Assembly: GCA_964016885.1 (NCBI GenBank)
Contig: OZ024740.1
Span: 196,044,001 to 196,108,000, forward strand
Direction: 5' to 3'
Source: Eledone cirrhosa
Lineage: Eukaryota
Length of the DNA stretch: 64,000 nt
Below are positions 1-12,358 of the stretch, piece after piece (the stretch's first letter is position 1; every line of letters begins with the position of its first letter). The translations under genes and the position numbers were made by a program. Under the pieces are notes generated by a model. The model was not told where the DNA came from. It was given only the letters and a program-made list of their open reading frames with translations, and did no database searches.

Positions 1-591
1 GTCAGACATTTTGTTTGAGAGAGGAAACTAGTCAGTTATATCAACCCTAATATTTGACTGATTCCACAGAAAAATGAAAATCAAAGTTAACCTTTAGCGA
101 GATTTGAACTCTAGGTATAAGGCATGGCTCTGTGGTTAAGAAATCCACTTCACAACCATGTGGTGGGCAAATGCCTTCTACTATAGCCTTGGGTTGACCA
201 ATATCTTGTGAGTACAATTTATTGACAAGCTTGTTATATGTCAATGTGTTTTCATATCAACACAATTTAAAATAAGCAGTGAAATTTGTTTATGTTTTAC
301 AGTGAATCAGTTCAACGAAGATATATACCATACTTAAAAACAAAGAATGGGCTAGTGTTCAGAAAGGGCATCCATCCAGCCAGAGAAATACTGCCTCAAG
401 GAAGTCTCATCTCACCAATGGTGCATTCAATAAGTAATGAGAAAATATATGTAAAAATTTAATTAAGAAACAAAAATACACAGCTATAACAAAGTCATAC
501 AAGTATTATTTTTCAATACATGAACCATTTTCATCGTCACATCCCCCCCCCCCCACCATACCAGTTTATCAAACGCATTTTTGAAGAAATT

Positions 592-696
592 GGGTAGTCC
601 TATTTTAACCTCTTCTATCTTGATGCACTTCAGCATTCCCTGTGCCTGCTTAATTTCTTCTGATATTGTTGCTATATCATCTCCAAAGTGTATCAG
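592..696 (-). mobile_element. degenerate LINE reverse-transcriptase fragment
   Basis: Minus strand reads LIHFGDDIATISEEIKQAQGMLKCIKIEEVKIGLP, resembling the (Y/F)ADD region of a non-LTR RT. Confidence 0.5.
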
Positions 697-1028
697 TTAA
701 GATCTCTAGTTTGTTTCTGCAGCTTTGACTGCAATCAAGCATAAATCCCAGTTCTTTTCTTTCACCTTATATCACATGTAACTGTCTTAAAAAAGGGAAG
801 GACATATGGATTATAATGGGGTGGTCGCTAGTGGAACACCTTTGACCATCATTTTGCTTGATCAGGGTTGGTCTGGGGCTAAACAACCACCCAACTTAAC
901 CTAATATGCCACAGATATATAATTATTGCTGTAGTATTTTTATGCCTACCTTTTCCCAATAGTTGCTATGGTTATGTCATATACCAAATAAAACAATATA
1001 ATCTAAAGAACTAATACTTCCAACTTAC

Positions 1029-1244
1029 ATCTTGTGGTGGAAATCTTGATAACACTTTGAAATCATCGTTTGGATAGCCTTTTGACGTGAGAAAACAGAA
1101 TAAATATCTTAAAGGTTCATGTCCACGAAATCTCCGGGTGATAAAGTCACCAGTTGGAAGATGAAAGCGAATTTGGGTAACACTATCTTTATATTCTTCA
1201 GAAGGTTCATGTGGGAGTTCTTTTGCTGAATCTTCTCTTCTTTG
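1029..1244 (-). CDS. FAF1: FAF1 exon 15 (UBX domain)
   Basis: QRREDSAKELPHEPSEE...QIRFHLPTGDFITRRF...KVLSRFPPQD; cag acceptor, gtaagt donor; 216 nt, phase 0/0. Confidence 0.95.
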
Positions 1245-1552
1245 CTGGTAGGAGAAAATCAAAAAGATCAATACATGAAAATATGATTGATATCAACTAA
1301 ATAGCATAAGGTGATTTTTAGATTGGATGGGATATATAATACACACAATCATCATAAATAATTATACATACAATTATGTCGATACTGACGAGAGATGGAT
1401 AATTAATTGGTGCATCAAATTAAAATATTATGGTATTTAGGTATTGCGTTACCATTACACTAAGATGGATTTCGCTGTTCGAGAAATAGATATATTATAA
1501 AACAAACAAATAAGGATTATTGAAAAAAAAGTTAAAATTTGTCTGTACTTAC

Positions 1553-1651
1553 TAATTTCCATTTTTCATTCTCTACTCGTGCTTGTTCTTCAGCATTTTT
1601 CTTCTCTTGGGCCACCCGTTCATTTTCCATGTCTTTCAGTCGGCGCTCCTC
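1553..1651 (-). CDS. FAF1: FAF1 exon 14 (coiled coil)
   Basis: EERRLKDMENERVAQEKKNAEEQARVENEKWKL; cag/gtaagt; 99 nt, phase 0/0. Confidence 0.88.
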
Positions 1652-1809
1652 CTGTAGTCGTGTAATGAAAATTGAAGTAAATTCTTTAGTTTGGATAAAT
1701 TAGGCATGGTTATTGTCCAACATAAAGTAATTTTAATACAATTAGCTGTTTTTAGAAGACTAACATGCAGTGACTTTGATTACACTTATTGTAAACACTA
1801 TGTAAGTAT

Positions 1810-2105
1810 GAACCTATAACTGCTGATGGAGTTATTGAGACATATGGTGTGTCGAGGGCACTTTAACCTGATGAAGCCCATTCCCTCCCCAGGTGTGAAC
1901 ACAACCGATTTCTTCCAGAGAATGAGAGATGGAGTGAGAGAAAAGAAATCAGAAGAGAGAGGAAGGATCGACACAATACTGGACTGGTACATTTTGTATT
2001 GACCTTAAAAGGATGAAAAGCAAAGTTGACCGTGGTGAGATTTAAGTAGAGAGAACTAGAATAAATGCCACAAAACATTCTCACAACTTTGCCAATTCAC
2101 AGCCG
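1810..2105 (-). mobile_element. old tRNA-derived SINE with extended CT-rich 3' part
   Basis: Contains the aactttgcttttcatcc core; collinear with a plus-strand copy at ~55094-55425. Confidence 0.6.
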
Positions 2106-2218
2106 TGTAAACATTATGAGAGGGAAGTAAACAAGAAGTGTAATGGTTTCTTTAAAATAGCTACAGTGAATTGATCCTGGAAGAAAACTTCATGTGGTAT
2201 TAAAATCAAAATACAGTA

Positions 2219-2495
2219 TCATCATCATCATTTTAACATCTGCTTTCCCTGCTGGCAAGGGTTAAGTGGGTAAACATAGACCAAGTCAGTACTGAAGCCA
2301 AGCTACACATCTTCAGACAGGTGAGGAAGCTGCATCTCGTTTACATACGGTCCTATGTTCTATTGAATGCACAGGAGAGGTAGTCATATCTTTGACACAA
2401 CTGAGGGTCCTCCCAACCCTGTAATTGGCAAGCTTTCTCCGGCTGGATGCCCGTCCTATCCCCAACCATTTTACAGCGTGTACTGAGTGTGCATA
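2219..2495 (-). mobile_element. SINE-like repeat sharing the RTE 3' tail
   Basis: (TGA)n tail and gggcatccagcc motif as in the RTE 3' UTRs. Related copies at ~8240-8556, 14825-15130, 40250-40555, 44420-45660, 47810-47990. Confidence 0.65.
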
Positions 2496-2706
2496 TTGTG
2501 TAGGAATCACTTATTATGATCACTGATAAAATCATCAAACAATTATCAAAATTTATACGTCACAAACAGATGTCCTACAAATGTTCAAACAGAATATCAA
2601 CTGCAACAATCTCATCAGACTGAGATGGTTGCTAAGGTTGGGAATTGCTATTTTTTTCCTTGACCAACTTATAAAAACAATAAAAGAAAAGCGATCTATT
2701 ACACAC

Positions 2707-2787
2707 CTTCCGTCTGTCAGCATCAAGAGATGCTGCATAAGCTTTATCTTGTTCTTGTTTAATTGATTCCCGGATTTCTCTCTGATC
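2707..2787 (-). CDS. FAF1: FAF1 exon 13 (coiled coil)
   Basis: DQREIRESIKQEQDKAYAASLDADRRK; cag/gtgtgt; 81 nt, phase 0/0. Confidence 0.93.
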
Positions 2788-3347
2788 CTGTATATTAAAA
2801 ATATAAGTTTACAATAAAATTTTACAAAAAATTTAATTTTAAGTTTGTTTATAATGAAAAGTATTAGGTATTTCAATTAGTAAAGGCACTTATACAGCCA
2901 ACAAATGTCACAAATCTATTAACATTAGGCAAGTCACATCTACTATAATCTTGAATCAACAACAGGTCTAGATAGAAACGGTATGACAACCTATCAGAAG
3001 GATTGTTTCTGTAACTGAAAGGCAAGCCTTGCTACAGTGTCATGTATGCTAAGTTCAAGCGTGGATTACATGAAAGATATACCATGTATACTCAAATATA
3101 AGCCAACTCCACCTAATAAAAGGTACATCTATATATGTGCCATGGAGTATCTGAGGGACATGGGGTTCAATTCCTCAGAGCAACCAGTGGAAACTTCTTT
3201 TTCCATCATTTAAGGGTGTTCATTCTATTTTATAGTATCTCCGTGCATGGGCACATCATTCTTTATATTAACCTTATTTATATTTCTGGAAATTTCAATT
3301 AATTGATTTTATTGGAATTATCTCCCTTCCTCGTTTTTAAATTTTAA

Positions 3348-3563
3348 CCCTTTAACATTTACATTATTCTATATTTACTATTGTATTTTCACAGTAAAGG
3401 CTTTACTGCACATAAATATTTCTAATATCAAATCTATGAGATTTTGATATTTATTTTGAGAACAATACCTTAACATCAGTATGAGTTGCCAGTTACTTGC
3501 TAGTTTGAACAGAAAGAGGCAAAAGAATTCTGGCCTGATACGACCGGTTTAAATGCTAAAGGG
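3348..3563 (+). mobile_element. piggyBac-type MITE (~210 bp family), copy 1
   Basis: TTAA-CCCTTTAACATTTA ... TAAATGCTAAAGGG; right TTAA not retained. Confidence 0.85.
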
Positions 3564-3856
3564 TGTTTGTCTACTAACTGCACTTAATCAAATATTTTCA
3601 ACTCACCATATTAAATATGTAACACCCTGCCATTAATAAAAGGTACATCTATATATGTGCCATTAAGTAGGAACCACATAATTGCAACATGAACTCCTTA
3701 ATAACACAGTTAACATAAGAAAGTGAGCTCTTGCTAACTATGATTATTTCTAAGATGTCACTTAAAAACTCAACTCTTGCATCACCCCCACAAATACCAA
3801 ATCAACAGCAAAGCAAACAAAAACTTTTCTTTTTAAATAACTGTAAAACACTATAC

Positions 3857-3945
3857 CTCTTCCACCATATCTTTCCTTTGTTGGTCTTGGAAAAGTTCAA
3901 AAGCACTTATTAGATTAGACATAAGTTCATCCAGATTTGTTGAAC
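3857..3945 (-). CDS. FAF1: FAF1 exon 12
   Basis: (G)STNLDELMSNLISAFELFQDQQRKDMVEE; poly-T tag acceptor, gtatag donor; 89 nt, phase 1/0. Confidence 0.93.
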
Positions 3946-3972
3946 CTAAAAAAAAAAAAAAAAAATCATCTT

Positions 3973-4155
3973 AATTGTTTCTATTGCACAAGGCCAGCAA
4001 TTACCCAGTGCATTACTGGTACTTTATTTTATCGACACCGTAAGGATGAAAGGCAAAGTCAATCTCGGCGGGATTTGAACTCAGATCGTAAAGGGACGTA
4101 ACTATGCTGGAAAGCATGGCATCCGACTCTACCGATACAGCCAATTCACCGCCCT
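3973..4155 (-). mobile_element. tRNA-derived SINE (family 1)
   Basis: A box TGGCTGTATCGG, B box GAGTTCAAATCC, core gactttgcctttcatccttacgg.gtcgataaaataaagtacc (MetaSINE-like domain, from memory). Confidence 0.85.
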
Positions 4156-5704
4156 TTAGATTAAAGATAATCTTAATAATGCAGGCTGGCGATATTCTTG
4201 CAATTACTACCAGATACTATGTAATTGCCTAGATAATCATCATCATCATTTTACGTCCGCTTTTCCCTGCTTGCAACCTTAATAGCCTAACATAAAAACA
4301 CCCCAAAATCAAAATCTCTCAGAATTTTACAAATGATTTCAAATTTAAGAACCTCATTTGATACCAACCCACTTCAAACTGTATGAGTTTTTGATACAAA
4401 AAATAATTTTAAAATATTCTTATATAAAATTATAATGGAAATGTACATATTGTATCATCATTGCTTTTACGTCCGCTTTTCCATGCTTGTATGGGTTGGA
4501 CGAGTCCTTCTCATCACAGCATCTCTCCACTTGTTGCGTTCCTTTGTCATCTCCTCTGTCAGTCTTAGCGATTTGAGAAGGCCTTTCACTATGAATTTTA
4601 AGGTTATGACAATCATCACATACCTAACATCAGCGAAAGCAGGAGGAAGTAATTGATGTCACCCTTTCTGACTTATTAGTGGTTATCAAGACTACATATC
4701 TCCCTGCCTTTGCTGAACCTCATGCTAAACTAAACTAAATTCTTATGTGCATTCATATATATATATCACTATGTCAGAGCACCAATACAAATTTATAATA
4801 GGAAGTTTTAATTTTAGATAAGAACCTTTTGTTTAGTTGTATCCCAAACACCATCTTAAACTCTTTTGAGTACCAAAGACACACTAGTATGTCTGACCTA
4901 TTTCTAGTGTGCAAAAGACATACTGGTGCATTTAAAACATATTTCTTTATTTTAAAGATTTCTTCGATAATGCAAAATTTAAGATGTAATCCTGGTTTGG
5001 GTCTATAAAGTAATAAAAACATCACTAGCACACAAAAAATTAATAATGAGAATGTTATTTTGCTAAATACCTCCGAGCTGATTATTTTCAAATATAACAA
5101 ACTCATAAGTACCATATTTACTTGAGTACAATGCAATGTACTCAAGTTTGTAGTTAAAAATCAGTAATATATTTGATGTTTTTATATAATGTGACCTATA
5201 AGTACAGCTGTAGTTATTTATATTTAAGAAATTAAAACAGAATTGACAGAATCATTACAGCGTTGGATAAAATGTTTTGTGGCATTTGTTTTGGCTCTTT
5301 ACATCCTGAGCTCTCAACCTGCTGAGGTTGATAAAATAAAGTACCAGTCAAGTACTGGAGTTGATTTAATCGACTTCCTGTTCCACCTACCAGCCCCAAA
5401 TTATTAGCCTTGAGCCTATGTTACAAACAATATTTAAGAAAGCAATGTATACTGCATCAAATTTTAAATATCTTTTTCACATCCATATTTTTATCATAAA
5501 CATGTTTCCCTACTAGCTTATGTAACTTTCATGTTTTCAATAATCATTTCTAAACAATAGCATATAACTCCCCTCACTAATGTGCTAATAGTGTTAACAA
5601 TTGTCGCCCAGTTCACACTTGGTGTAAAAGCAATGAAGATGTATAAAAGATTTCAGTTCAATACTAAAAAGAAATCAACACGTAACAACATTGTTTTAAC
5701 TGAC

Positions 5705-5841
5705 CTTGTATCACAGTTGAAACTTCATTAGTTGACCTGGCACGACTGATGATCAATAATAAAGGTAGTTGGTTTGGTATATAAGTCTCAATCTGCAATG
5801 CAGCAACACTGCCAAAATGCCTTTTTGCATTACTGAGCAAT
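5705..5841 (-). CDS. FAF1: FAF1 exon 11 (UAS domain)
   Basis: (R)LLSNAKRHFGSVAALQIETYIPNQLPLLLIISRARSTNEVSTVIQ(G); cag/gtcagt; 137 nt, phase 2/1. Confidence 0.94.
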
Positions 5842-5899
5842 CTGTGAAAAAATGCAAAACATCTCAAGAAGTGGATATATACATTATTGACCTATTTAC

Positions 5900-6210
5900 T
5901 AAGGAATCATTAGTACAAGGGTTTCTGACCCCCTTCGGTCACAAATGACCATGGGATTTGCACCTAGAAAGTTTCCCTCCATGGCACAAGTCTGGACAAG
6001 GTTGTTTGTGGAAGACCAGCAGTCACCTATGCATACCAGCCTCCCCTTCTTCACGCCATCGATGTTGTCCAAGGGACAGCTTAGCCCTAGTGACATCATC
6101 ACTCATTTCTACAGCTGAGTGAACTGGAGCAACATGAAATAAAATGTCTTGCTCGAGAATTGAACTCACAACCTCATGATTGTAAGCCTGACACTCTAAC
6201 CACTAAGCCT
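5900..6210 (-). mobile_element. tRNA-derived SINE (family 2)
   Basis: Head GGCTTAGTGGTTAGAGTG...GAGTTCAATTC then gagcaagacattttatttcatgttgctccagttcactcagctg. Related copies at ~12010-12340, 18200-18360, 19440-19680. Confidence 0.7.
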
Positions 6211-6244
<34 letters not shown>

Positions 6245-6581
6245 AAATATATATATATTCAAGAGTTAACAACCTCTTATCCTGTTTACTACATCACAAC
6301 TTTTCAAAAGTGGATTTACCTCAACTGTTTTATTCAGTAATTTGAAATTACGTCTCTACTATAACACACCAAATCACAAAGTGTTTAACAAAATCATTTT
6401 AGGTTCAAATGACAATAATAAATAGACATCACATTAGAGCTCTGTGGAGGGGCAACAAGCACAATTTTCCAACATAAAAACCCACTTTTTGCTTGATAAT
6501 TTTCATGTCAAAATACATTTTTTCAGTGGACAATTATATATATTTTAAAATTTAGTAAAAAGATATAAAAAGATTTACTAC

Positions 6582-6736
6582 CGTTCTTTATTCTTGTCAT
6601 TTGTCATATCCCACGCCCAGATAAAAAAATTTTCGGTGAGATAACTAACAACTTCTTCAGAACATAAAACTTTTGAACAAAAAACATTGATGAGGATACT
6701 CTTGTCATCATGTAGATACACGGCCAATGGTTTCCT
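6582..6736 (-). CDS. FAF1: FAF1 exon 10 (UAS domain)
   Basis: RKPLAVYLHDDKSILINVFCSKVLCSEEVVSYLTENFFIWAWDMTNDKNKE(R); cag/gtagta; 155 nt, phase 0/2. Confidence 0.96.
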
Positions 6737-7837
6737 CTGGAAGAGAAAGAGAAAGATGACAGACAAAACATCTTGTAGAACAAAACATATTTATAAAAGT
6801 TATACATTTCACCAATTGTCACTGACGTGTTGGTGTTCATCTGGGATAGGCTGAGCTAGCTCCAGCTAGTGAACACACAGTCATGCAAAATAAACATACT
6901 AAGAGGCAAGCGAAATACTGACACTGAGGAGACTGTCAAACAGTCGCAATTTAAACAGTTGAGGAGTCTGCCATTAGAAACAGTACCTCTACTGCAATTA
7001 TCAACATATGATGGCAAAAAGTACTGCTACAGATCAAGCTATCCCGAAGTGTGTTTGCTTGCAGCTGGAGACAGCCAACAAAGATCATATATTCAATGAA
7101 ACTTCAATACCATCAGCCATTATAGAATTGATGAAAATAGAAGGCTGAATCTCTTTTACTCGTTTAAATCCATGGACTATGGCTATGCTGGGGCAACCAG
7201 TATTTTGTCTGGTATTTATCAACGTGAATAGGATTCAAACAGAATATAATAATAACAAAATAATGTTAGGAAGGGCACCCAAAAAGGGTAAAGAAAAGTC
7301 CCACCAAGGACATGACAACTTCCTTATAAAATGCACCCAGTACACCCTGAAAAGTGGTTCATGTTAGGAAGGACATCCACTTGCAGAAACTATGTCAAAA
7401 AAGAGAAGAGAGAACTCTTCTGTCAAGTCAAAGACATGAAAATCCTCCTGATGCTACAATGAAGTGCACACATTATACTGTCAAGTGGTTTGTGTTAGGA
7501 AGGGCATTCAGTGGAAAAAACTATGTCAAAGTGGAACATATTGAGTGAGACATGGGCCATCTAGGGGAACAATGGCTCTGATTACGTATTGGGAGGGCTG
7601 TAACGCCAAATAAGAACCAAATTGAATTATGACAACCCATCCAACCTATGTCAGCATGGAAAGAGGATGTACAATAATTACCAAACTGAAACAAAATAAA
7701 CACACACACAGAGTCATGCAAAACAAACACATACTCACAGGCAAATGAAATACAGGCATGCAAACAATTATGAAATTCAGTTTTCATTGATCAACTTTCT
7801 CTGAGTACCTTAAAATAAGAATTTAAAATCATCTAAC

Positions 7838-7919
7838 CTCTTTGGCTTTTAACATCAGAGAATCCTTAATAGCATTATCTAATGAGCCAATGTAAAATTC
7901 AGGATGGCATTCTCCAAAT
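7838..7919 (-). CDS. FAF1: FAF1 exon 9 (UAS domain)
   Basis: (R)FGECHPEFYIGSLDNAIKDSLMLKAKE; cag/gttaga; 82 nt, phase 2/0. Confidence 0.95.
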
Positions 7920-9636
7920 CTGAAAGACAACATACATTAATAAAAGATCAGAAGCCATCTCAAATTTAAATCTTCATATGAAAGGTTAACAAGCAGCCAA
8001 AACATTAGTTTCAAGTAATGGTACTTGAATGTTGAGTTCAACTGTCAAGTTGCTGATAATGGAAATGTCATTTTGCCTATAGGTTACAATGTCATTTTAT
8101 AAATGTATCTTTTTTTTGTCAATTATTTGTAGGGCCTCTTTGTGCGGTGTTGGAAAAGACAGGCAAAATCTGTGACACATTTTCTTGCTGTTGGAACCAG
8201 TGCAGCAATAATAAACTTGAAGACCCTTTAGTCATGTCAAGGACATGACCGCCTCCCTAGTGTTGGTGATTTACACAATAAACACCCTCAGTACACACTG
8301 TAAAGAAGTTGGTGAGAGAAAGAGCATCCAACTGTAGAAAGCTTGCCAAATAACGGGTTGGGAGGACCCTTCATTTGTGTAAAAAATATGACAACCTCTC
8401 CTGTGCACTCGGTGTGTGTGAGACCATATGTAAGCGAGATGCAGATCCCTGCCCTATCTGAGAGATCAGTAGCCCCACTTCAGTATTGACTTGGTCTATG
8501 TAGACCCATTCAACCTTTGCTAACTGGGAAAGCAGATGTTAAAACAATGATGATGACACCTAGTCAAGTGCTTCTAATTAAGTGAACTCTGTTAAAGGAA
8601 CCTAAGGGCTAGGTGGTGATGCTAAACTGATCAAGAGTCTAAGTCTACTACCCAAATGTAGGTCCAGTCAATCAAATAAACTTCCTTGTTTCAACCTACC
8701 CTATTTCATGGAAATGACATTGTTCAAAAAGAAATTCTGGTTGAGTGTTGTGAAGTAATTTTTTTTATCCACGCAGCCATGTCTACACCAAAGGATGTTT
8801 AACCCTTTAGCATTTACATTACTCTATATTTACTATTCTATTTTATGGTAAAGACTTTACCTCGCATAATATTGAATCTATGAGATTTTGGTATTATTTA
8901 TTTTGAGAACAATACTACAACATCAGCATGAATGGCCAGTTACAGTCGGGTTGAACAGAAAGAGATGAGAGAATTCTGGCCAGATACGGCCGGTTTAACC
9001 CTTTAGCATTCACATTGAATTGTCAAATGTCATGTTCATCTATTCGCATTATTTTCACTTAATTATACTCATGAGGGTTATCAATTTTATTTGTTTGTAA
9101 TTACTTTAATTTTCTATGTGCAGACTTGAAATTTTGTCAGTAGATGTTTAAATAACTATAATTTACAATTATATATTTTTACCTGATTTTTTTTGTTAAA
9201 TTTGACTTTTATGGGCAGGTGAAATTAATTAACAGGTGTAAAAGTAATAACTTTATGGATAAAACAAAAATTTAAACTTTATCTGCCTTACCTGTTAGAT
9301 TTGTTGCAAAAAAATCCAATAATGATCTAGATGCTGATTTCCATCAATTCTAGCAGTTTTCCGAACAGGTGAATTAATTAAAAATGCAGGTGTAATCAGT
9401 ACAAGGTTTTAGTCTTTCTCTACATTCCAGGCAAATATTTTCATTGAAAAAAATGTATAAAACCTTTTCACCAGTCAAAATAATATTGGCTATGTACTCT
9501 TACACAATGTACGGTGTAAAATTACGTAACAGAATGTTCCCAATATATAAGTTCATTAACAGGTGTGACACAGGTGAATGCAGGTGTTTTTGTATATGTG
9601 TTCTAATATATTTTTAAAATATTGTTTTCAATATTG

Positions 9637-11526
9637 TCAGACAATATTTCTATCGTGATACTGCCCAAAGCACCCTTTACATAATGGCACTTTGCAAAAG
9701 GAACACATAAATAGGGTTTTGATTGCGTAACCTTTAACAGTTTTTCTCTTTTGCAAAGAGCACAATCGGCAAACCTTCCTCCTACCATCAATTCTCTCCA
9801 CTTTATGAAAATCAATATTTTCTTTGTGGACCACTGCTAATTTTGATTTTTTCCCAGCTTTGTGTTTACGAGAAGTATATCCTCCACGTAGCTGGGATGC
9901 AATGTCCACGCGAAACTCCATATGACAGTAGTCTTTTGGTGGTGGTGGATCCTTGTGGCTTTTAGTAAATATAATAAAAGAATTCACAAGGGTTAAATTC
10001 ACTAAAAACCACAAGATGTATCTCCACCATTTCTTTCCAGGGTGCCCAACTGGGTAATAAGCACAGTACTGGTCAGATTTGTCAACCCCACCCATATATT
10101 TATTGTAGGAGAGGTTAACTAAAGGTCTACCCTCAGCCCCAACACCTGATTGTTGGTTAGAACTCAGGAACAAAATTTACCGTTTGTCTTTGAACACTGT
10201 GGCTAACATGTTCTCTTTTTGCATTTGAAGAATGTCCCCTCTGTGTTTCAGTTTCGCAACTTTTATTTCTTGGGGTAGCCCTTTCCGATTGTTCATTATT
10301 GTGCCGCAGGTGTATGTATTTCTAAAATCCCGGAGAGCTCAATTTGCTGGCCACTGTCACCATGCCAGCAATGAAATCATATCCACTCTCTTGCTCTGGA
10401 ACCCTGACTCCAGCCTGACTAGGAGTAGGAAGCTGTCATTCCCTGACGTTATCTCTAGGGATACGGGAATCAGTAGACGGGACCTGGGGCATGAGAGTGA
10501 GATCCATCATCTCGACAGTAGTCGACGAATGATGATGATTTACAAGGGCAAGATCCTCTGCTAAAAGCACCGAAGAAAAAAAACGGTCAAAATAAATATG
10601 TCTGTGTTGAAAGTGGAAGGGTTGAGTCAGCGACCACACAGTATCGTAACCCAACCCGTGTTTTCTCTCTCCGTTATGTTTTTTTCCTGTGTAAACATCA
10701 AAGTTTACACAGTATCCTGTGTCCGATTCACACAGTTCCCACACTTTGATGCCCCATTTGGTGGGTTTAGCTGGTATATACTGTCTGAAATGAACCCTAC
10801 CCTTATACCCAATCATAGCTTCATCAACACTAAGATTTTATATATATACACACTTTTAAATTTTTCTGACAACATTTCAATTAATGGTCGTACTTTGTAG
10901 AGTGGGTCGTAATTTGATTCATTTCTACCAGGGGCATTTGAAGTATCAACCAGATGCAAATACTGGTTTAATTTGATGAATCTCGTTTTTGCCATAATAC
11001 TAGATATATAAGGGTCACCAAACCTTATATCAGTACTCCAATAATTCCACAGTCGTGGAAATTGTTTAATACCAAACAATGTTTATGGTAAAAAACGCTT
11101 TCATTTCGGCAAAATCTGTCGGACGCCATAACAGATCAGGTTTTCCTCGGTTAGAAATTTGTTGTTGTGTATAGCGATTTGTCTCTTCTGCCACAACTTC
11201 GAAGAAAGTTTGTGGTAAAAATAAAAAAAAATAATCAGTGCTTTAGCATCGGGTGGTAATGTGTGTTGTGGTCCAGTATTTTCAGTAAAATCCGAAACAT
11301 GTATCGGTGTTGTTTCTTTCAACCACGTTGGTGTTTTTTCAATGGTGTCAGTTATATCTTCGCTTTCACTTTCAAAGTGACTATCATCATCATCAGATAT
11401 ATCAGAAATAAATATATCTGATTCATTTGGAGATAAATCACTGATATTATCTTCTGTTTCTGTTTGATCTCGAATGTCGTCGGATGTAAAACCTTCAAAT
11501 TCGTTGTCACTACTTTCGGAAGCCAT
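9637..11526 (-). pseudogene. piggyBac (PGBD4-like) transposase pseudogene
   Basis: Acidic N-terminus (EFEGF); catalytic motifs VDEAMIGYKGR, YFDRFF, MGGVDKSDQ; KPTKWGIKVW; C-terminal Cys-rich domain CRLC...CSFCKVPLCKGCF. Broken by frameshifts, a stop and a 220-bp insert. Confidence 0.93.
10322..10541 (+). mobile_element. 5'-truncated LINE 3' end (RTE/RTE-X-like) inside the transposase
   Basis: Reads LKSRRAQFAGHCHHASNEIISTLLLWNP...; ends in (TGA)n; ATTT at both junctions; removal restores DLALVN-TYTCGT. Confidence 0.8.
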
Positions 11527-11751
11527 TACACTTTCAACATTAAAAACACGTGTTATCGCAAGTTCTTTAACTATACTAAGAGTTAATTTTCGCGCGTAAG
11601 GGCTTTATCTCGCAGTAATCTCGAATTGACGAGATTTCGATGATGTCAATGTTTATTTTTAGAAGGAAATCTCCGTGTAGTATTAAATGTCGGTTTTTGT
11701 CGGTTTGAATGCTAAAAGGTTAAATGCTAAAGAGTTAAAAATAAAACTTAC

Positions 11752-11815
11752 CGATCAATGAACCCATGAGTAAACTGTTCCAGTGCTGCTCTTTCATCTG
11801 GAAAATCTTCTGGCA
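11752..11815 (-). CDS. FAF1: FAF1 exon 8
   Basis: (M)PEDFPDERAALEQFTHGFID(R); cag/gtaagt; 64 nt, phase 1/2. Confidence 0.93.
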
Positions 11816-12009
11816 CTGAGAAAAGGTAGAAAACAAAAAGCCGTCAACAAAACAGTGTCTATAACCTCTCTATTCTCATTAAGTCATAAAGTCATTCTGA
11901 AATCTTTAATCCCACTTTGAACTGATATATCATCACTTAGAATTATTAACACTGTATTGGAAAGCATTTCGTTCAATGCACTAATGTTTCTGTCAAGTTG
12001 TTGCCTTAA

Positions 12010-12340
12010 TAACATAGAGGAGGCACTCCATCGGTTACGACGATGAGTGTTCCAATTGATCCGATCAACTGAACAGTCAGCTCGTGAAATTAACATGTAA
12101 GTGGCTAAGCATTCCACAGACACGTATACCCTTAACATAGTTCTCTGGAAGATTCAGCCTGATACTAAACATGAATAGGCTGATCCTTCGAATTACAGCT
12201 ACAACTCATTTTTGCCTGCTGAGTGAACTAAAGCAATGTGAAATAAAGTGTCTTGCTCAAGTACACAATGCACTGCAGGGAATCGAACTCACAACATTAT
12301 GGTTGTGAGCCGAATATCTTAACCACAAAGCCACACACCT
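12010..12340 (-). mobile_element. tRNA-derived SINE (family 2 head, different tail)
   Basis: Head GTGTGGCTTTGTGGTTAAG...GAGTTCGATTCCC followed by cttgagcaagacactttatttcac. Confidence 0.7.
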
Positions 12341-12358
12341 TCATAACATACTACTTAC

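Larger units (their letters stand above)
8999..11719 (-). mobile_element. piggyBac DNA transposon, full length but decayed
   Basis: TTAA TSD at 8995-8998 and 11720-11723; TIRs CCCTTTAGCATTC / GAATGCTAAAAGG; internal transposase remnants. Confidence 0.93.
8803..11734 (+). mobile_element. piggyBac-type MITE copy 2, split by a full-length piggyBac
   Basis: TTAA(8799-8802) CCCTTTAGCATTTAC...GGCCGGTTTAA, resuming as ATGCTAAAGAG TTAA(11735-11738) after the insert. Confidence 0.88.

Noticed and set aside
1-1028. FAF1 terminal exon
   Set aside because: No segment encoding the expected UBX end (L.PQETL.LE-like) was found; it probably lies beyond the window edge.
4774-5145. 123-aa hydrophobic ORF
   Set aside because: AT-rich intronic ORF without motifs; the FAF1 exon chain is complete without it.
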